Assembly (NCBI GenBank): GCA_963675745.2
Contig: CAXXWX010000010.1
Location: forward strand, 1-64,000
Source of the DNA: Phycisphaerae bacterium
GTDB taxonomy: Bacteria; Planctomycetota; Phycisphaerae; UBA1845; Fen-1342
Reading direction: 5' to 3'
DNA: 64,000 bases
Shown here: positions 60,329 to 64,000 of the stretch, piece after piece
How the letters are laid out: the number at the start of each line of letters is the position of its first letter
Numbering within the stretch: the first letter of the stretch is position 1
Made by a program: the position numbers and the translations under genes
The notes under the pieces: generated by a model
What the model saw: the letters and a program-made list of their open reading frames with translations, nothing else
Database searches by the model: none
What the model was told of the DNA's origin: nothing

Positions 60329-62134
60329 ATGAAGCTGCCGACACTAGCTTTCGCACTCGTACTCGTGGCACTCACGCCGTTTATCGGGACTGCCCACGCC
60401 ACTTGGGATCCATCCAACGGCGACTGGGGCAAGACGCATCCAGACGATCTGCGCGTGATGACCTGGAACTGGAACAGCCGCATCTATCCCGGCGCCAACA
60501 CGACCGACGGCCTCTACGCCTGGGCGGCCACGGCGAGAATCGTCGCCGACATGCAACCGGATGTGCTGCTCTTGCAGGAAGGCGGTGACGGCACGTCGCA
60601 GGCCGCGCTGCTGGCCACGCTGGAGGATTGGATGCACGGCGGCGCGGGCATAGATTCCTACGTGCAGAAATACGCCCCCGCCTATGACCTACCCTACATA
60701 TATGTCAGCCCCAATACTGATAGCTATAACCGCAACGTGATTCTCAGCCGCTATCCGTTTGCCGATCTCAATGGTGACACTTGGAGCCAGCGCGGCGATA
60801 TCCCCTACATCCTGCCCGACGAGTACGCCCCAGGCGGCACTGGTGGGATCCGCGGATTCATGTTCACCGAGATCGACCTGCCGGATTACACGTACGTCGG
60901 CGATCTTGTAGCCGGCAATGCCCACCTGAAGGCCTATGGCAGCCAGAGCGAGCACAATGAGCGCGTCGCGGCCGCCAAGAATGTCGCGTACTACATCGAC
61001 TACCTTCTAAACGGTGCCGGGACCGGCATACCCGATCCACACAACAAGATCCAGGATTCACCGCCGGCCACCACTATCCTCGACGCAAACACGCCGGTTG
61101 TTATTGGTGGCGACTGGAACGAGGACGAGCTGTACAGCATGTCCAATTATGGCGAAAAAGGACCGGCCGGGTGGCTCACGCAGGCGGCTGTAAACGGTGG
61201 TTCGGACGGTACCGACCGCGACCGCAGCGATTCCACCTATGACTCGGCGGTTGAGCCCTACACCGGCAATCGTTCCACGCAATCATCGAGCAAGCTCGAC
61301 TATATTGCCTGGCAGGACAGCATCGCCACCTACCGGCGGGGCTTCATCTTCAACTCGTCGGCGCTCGCAAGCGATCCCGACTGGTTCCCGCCGGCGGTCG
61401 GCTCGTCACCCTACCCGGGTGCGATGAGCGGGATTGCGTCGGATCACCGTCCGGTGATTGTGGACCTTATTCTGCCGCTGGCCAATCTGCCGGAATTCGA
61501 CCTGAACATTATCACTCAGGGGCAGGGCAGCGTTGTGCTCGATCCGCCCGGTGGCACCTACACGCAATACACGCCCGTTCAACTGCTCGCTGATCCCGAC
61601 CCGAGTTGGTATTTCATCGAGTGGCAGGGTGACTTGACCGGCTGGGAAAACCCGACCACGATTTTGATGGATGATGATAAAACGGTCACGGTTGTGTTCG
61701 ATACATCGCCGGCGCCCGAGTACACGCTCACCGTCAATATCGTCGGTGACGGCGTGGTTACACTGGACCCGCCCAGCGGCCCCTATCACGTCGGGCTCAC
61801 GGTCGAACTCACCGCGGACCCCGGAAACAACTGGTACCTCGATCGCTGGGAAGGGGATCTCACCGGTAACGCAAGCCCGGAATACTTGTACATGGATGCC
61901 GACAAGACGGTCACCGCTGTATTTGAGAAGCTATATCCCTGCGGCGACGCGAATTGCGATGGCGCGGTCAACAACGGTGACATCGACGCGTTTGTTTTGG
62001 CTGTCCAGTACCCCGCGTTGTACGACGCCACCTACCCCGGTTGTGAAAACGCGGATATGAACGGTGATGGTCTGTACAACAACGGCGATATTGACCCGTT
62101 TGTTGCCGCACTGGGCGGTGTGCCGTGTGATTGA
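60329..62134 (+). CDS. Secreted endonuclease/exonuclease/phosphatase (EEP) protein with two B-repeats and dockerin-like domain
   Basis: LRVMTWN, DVLLLQE, AHLKA, GGDWNE, KLDYI and SDHRPV; GDANCDGAVNNGDIDAFV. Confidence 0.9.
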   Translation: MKLPTLAFALVLVALTPFIGTAHATWDPSNGDWGKTHPDDLRVMTWNWNSRIYPGANTTDGLYAWAATARIVADMQPDVLLLQEGGDGTSQAALLATLEDWMHGGAGIDSYVQKYAPAYDLPYIYVSPNTDSYNRNVILSRYPFADLNGDTWSQRGDIPYILPDEYAPGGTGGIRGFMFTEIDLPDYTYVGDLVAGNAHLKAYGSQSEHNERVAAAKNVAYYIDYLLNGAGTGIPDPHNKIQDSPPATTILDANTPVVIGGDWNEDELYSMSNYGEKGPAGWLTQAAVNGGSDGTDRDRSDSTYDSAVEPYTGNRSTQSSSKLDYIAWQDSIATYRRGFIFNSSALASDPDWFPPAVGSSPYPGAMSGIASDHRPVIVDLILPLANLPEFDLNIITQGQGSVVLDPPGGTYTQYTPVQLLADPDPSWYFIEWQGDLTGWENPTTILMDDDKTVTVVFDTSPAPEYTLTVNIVGDGVVTLDPPSGPYHVGLTVELTADPGNNWYLDRWEGDLTGNASPEYLYMDADKTVTAVFEKLYPCGDANCDGAVNNGDIDAFVLAVQYPALYDATYPGCENADMNGDGLYNNGDIDPFVAALGGVPCD

Positions 62135-62213
62135 GTACGGCGCACGCTGATGTGAGCGGCAGCGCCGTGCGCCGCCGCTCAATCTGGCGGATGTGGATAT
62201 ACTTGTGTGAACG

Positions 62214-62258
62214 ACGGCGGAACCGCTCGTGAAGGGCGGTTCCGCCGTGACGTTTTTT
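62214..62258. terminator. Hairpin terminator between convergent genes
   Basis: ACGGCGGAACCGCTC-GTGAA-GGGCGGTTCCGCCGT then GACGTTTTTT. Confidence 0.6.
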
Positions 62259-62274
62259 GCCGATCTGCCGCCGT

Positions 62275-64000
62275 CTACTCCCCTGACAGCAAGGTAACAA
62301 ACGCGTCGATGTCGCCGTTATTAACGGCAGTGTCGCCGTTACAGTCGGCCAGCACGATATCGCATTCGGGGAAGACCGCGGCATAGCCGGCCTGGTCGGT
62401 GATCGCCAGGACGAACGCGTCTATGTCACCGTTGTTGACGGTGCCGTCGCAATTCAGGTCGCCGAGCAGCCTACCGCAGGTGGACATGGCGGAGAGGTTC
62501 AGCTCGCCAAACTCCTCCGGGATGCCGTTGCCGTCGGATAGTCCCACCAGACCATCAAGCACGCCGCCGCCCAGGTAGCTGAGCCTGATTTGTCCGTCGA
62601 AGAACATCTCGATCTGGAAGCTGGCCAGATTGGCCGTGCCATGCTCGGGGACATCGGTGAACGTAACCGCCACGCGATCAGCAAGTTGCTGCCAGCCGAC
62701 AGTCCCGCCCTGGTCGGGTCGCAAGTCATCAAAGAGGGCCGAGATGCGCGGCGTATCGTAGTGATTGTCCACGGACTCGGTGTAGTCCTTGTCACCCTCG
62801 GTGAAGGTGATGTACCCGTTGCTACAGACATAGAAACCCGGGTATGCCACGCCGAACAGGGAGACGGTCGCGCCGGTCAGATCGATGTACACATAGTAAT
62901 CGTCGGGGAGCGTGATCGGCGTGTCGCCGGCGGGGTCGGTCGGGAAGGCCAGTATTTCCTCGCAGCAACCGCTGTAGAAATCGGCGGGGTCGTCGGGCGT
63001 GAACTGCAGGCTCAGGAAAGCCAGGTCGTTGTCGTCGGACGCGAATAGCTCGACGAAGTAATCCGGGGCATCGAGCGTGGTGAACGAGTGGCACGCGCCG
63101 CCGTTATCGTCAATCGCCACGTTACCCACTTCGTCCTCAGCCTCAACGACGAAGTAATAGGTCTCATCCGCGGCCAAATCGGTGATAGTGACCGTTGGCG
63201 ATGTGTCGTACCCTTCGCCCACAACGCTGTCGGACAGCGCAGCGCAGCTCGTGCCGTAGTAAATGGTGCCGCGCGTGGGCTCATCGGAGTCATAGCCGAG
63301 GGTGACCTCACGGGCCTTGACCTGCACCATGTGGACATTGGAAATAACCGCGGGTGTGCAATCGACAAGCGCCGTGGCCACAACCGGCACGCCGACACCA
63401 CCCTGGCCATCGTCGTCATCAATGTACGTGACGGTGACGGTATCGCCGGTGCTCACGCACAGGACGCCGGCGCTGTCGGTCGCGCTGAGGGTAATCGTGC
63501 CGTCGAATTCCGCCGAGCTGGTGTCGGTCTCGGTGAGCCACAGCACCTCGCCGCCGGGCTCAGTGTCCGATGCGACCGTGACCGCAACCGTGTCCAGCGC
63601 GTTGTCGTCGTGATTCAGACCGCAATCCGCGACCTGGATCGTGGCCGCGCTTTCACAGGCGTACCTCGTCGCATCGAGGGCGACCGTGCCGGCCTCGGAG
63701 CACGCGGCCGGCAGTCTGAGCGACGGATCGCCCATGATGTTGTACATCTCGAAGTAACGCCGCGTCGTCGTCGTGGGGCCGAAATGCGCCAGGTGACGCA
63801 CCTTGGCCTCGTTCCACGCCGGGCCGGCCTCGCATTTGACCGCGTCTTCGGCGTCGAAGATGGCGTCAAAGAGCACCCGCTCCAGCCAATCATCTTCGGT
63901 CCAGTAGCTGTTGACCGACGAACCGATGGCGACGACCGCGGCCTTCTCCGGTGCCAGCACCCAGGTCTCCATGAAGCACTCGGTCGCCGTGTAGGTGCCC
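62275..64000 (-). CDS. C-terminal part of a C25 (gingipain-like) cysteine peptidase with FN3-like, NIDO-like and dockerin-like domains (5' end outside window)
   Basis: ECFMETW...AVVAIGSSVNSYW..DD...YFEMYNIMGDPSL; CSNGYITF...ISALFDDL...FQIEMFFDG; GDLNCDGTVNNGDIDAFV. Confidence 0.8.
   Translation of the reverse strand, partial: GTYTATECFMETWVLAPEKAAVVAIGSSVNSYWTEDDWLERVLFDAIFDAEDAVKCEAGPAWNEAKVRHLAHFGPTTTTRRYFEMYNIMGDPSLRLPAACSEAGTVALDATRYACESAATIQVADCGLNHDDNALDTVAVTVASDTEPGGEVLWLTETDTSSAEFDGTITLSATDSAGVLCVSTGDTVTVTYIDDDDGQGGVGVPVVATALVDCTPAVISNVHMVQVKAREVTLGYDSDEPTRGTIYYGTSCAALSDSVVGEGYDTSPTVTITDLAADETYYFVVEAEDEVGNVAIDDNGGACHSFTTLDAPDYFVELFASDDNDLAFLSLQFTPDDPADFYSGCCEEILAFPTDPAGDTPITLPDDYYVYIDLTGATVSLFGVAYPGFYVCSNGYITFTEGDKDYTESVDNHYDTPRISALFDDLRPDQGGTVGWQQLADRVAVTFTDVPEHGTANLASFQIEMFFDGQIRLSYLGGGVLDGLVGLSDGNGIPEEFGELNLSAMSTCGRLLGDLNCDGTVNNGDIDAFVLAITDQAGYAAVFPECDIVLADCNGDTAVNNGDIDAFVTLLSGE

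Overview
This is a high-GC bacterial chromosome segment, most likely from a planctomycete (Phycisphaerae-like). That call rests on a DUF1559/H-X9-DG prepilin, an ECF sigma factor paired with a Ser/Thr kinase, dockerin-like C-terminal tags and GACC Cys-rich repeats. All family calls come from motif recognition by eye; no database search was run. Housekeeping genes are dut, a 7Fe ferredoxin, iscX, lspA, a dksA-like gene, trpD, galK, der, a glmM-like mutase, glgP and tRNA-Pro(GGG). Also present are a TetR-RND efflux operon, many large secreted modular proteins, a REP-rich spot beside an FRG-domain gene, a decayed island downstream of tRNA-Pro and a DUF4160/DUF2442 pair. The first ~3 kb (PepSY-like protein plus a two-component system) carries many frameshifts that look like sequencing errors. 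Two loci are the best candidates for undescribed systems. (1) 56.0-64.0 kb: a prepilin next to three secreted proteins whose six dockerin-like repeats all share an invariant NNGDID motif, while a fourth protein elsewhere carries a different dockerin class. (2) 30.5-34.4 kb: a putative sigma-54 operon that couples a non-Cys (Pro-type) Thi4 to an ARMT1/DUF89 phosphatase, an MBL hydrolase, an AhpD/CMD protein and a small Cys-rich ORF hidden by a one-base frameshift, with no thiamine genes or TPP riboswitch nearby.
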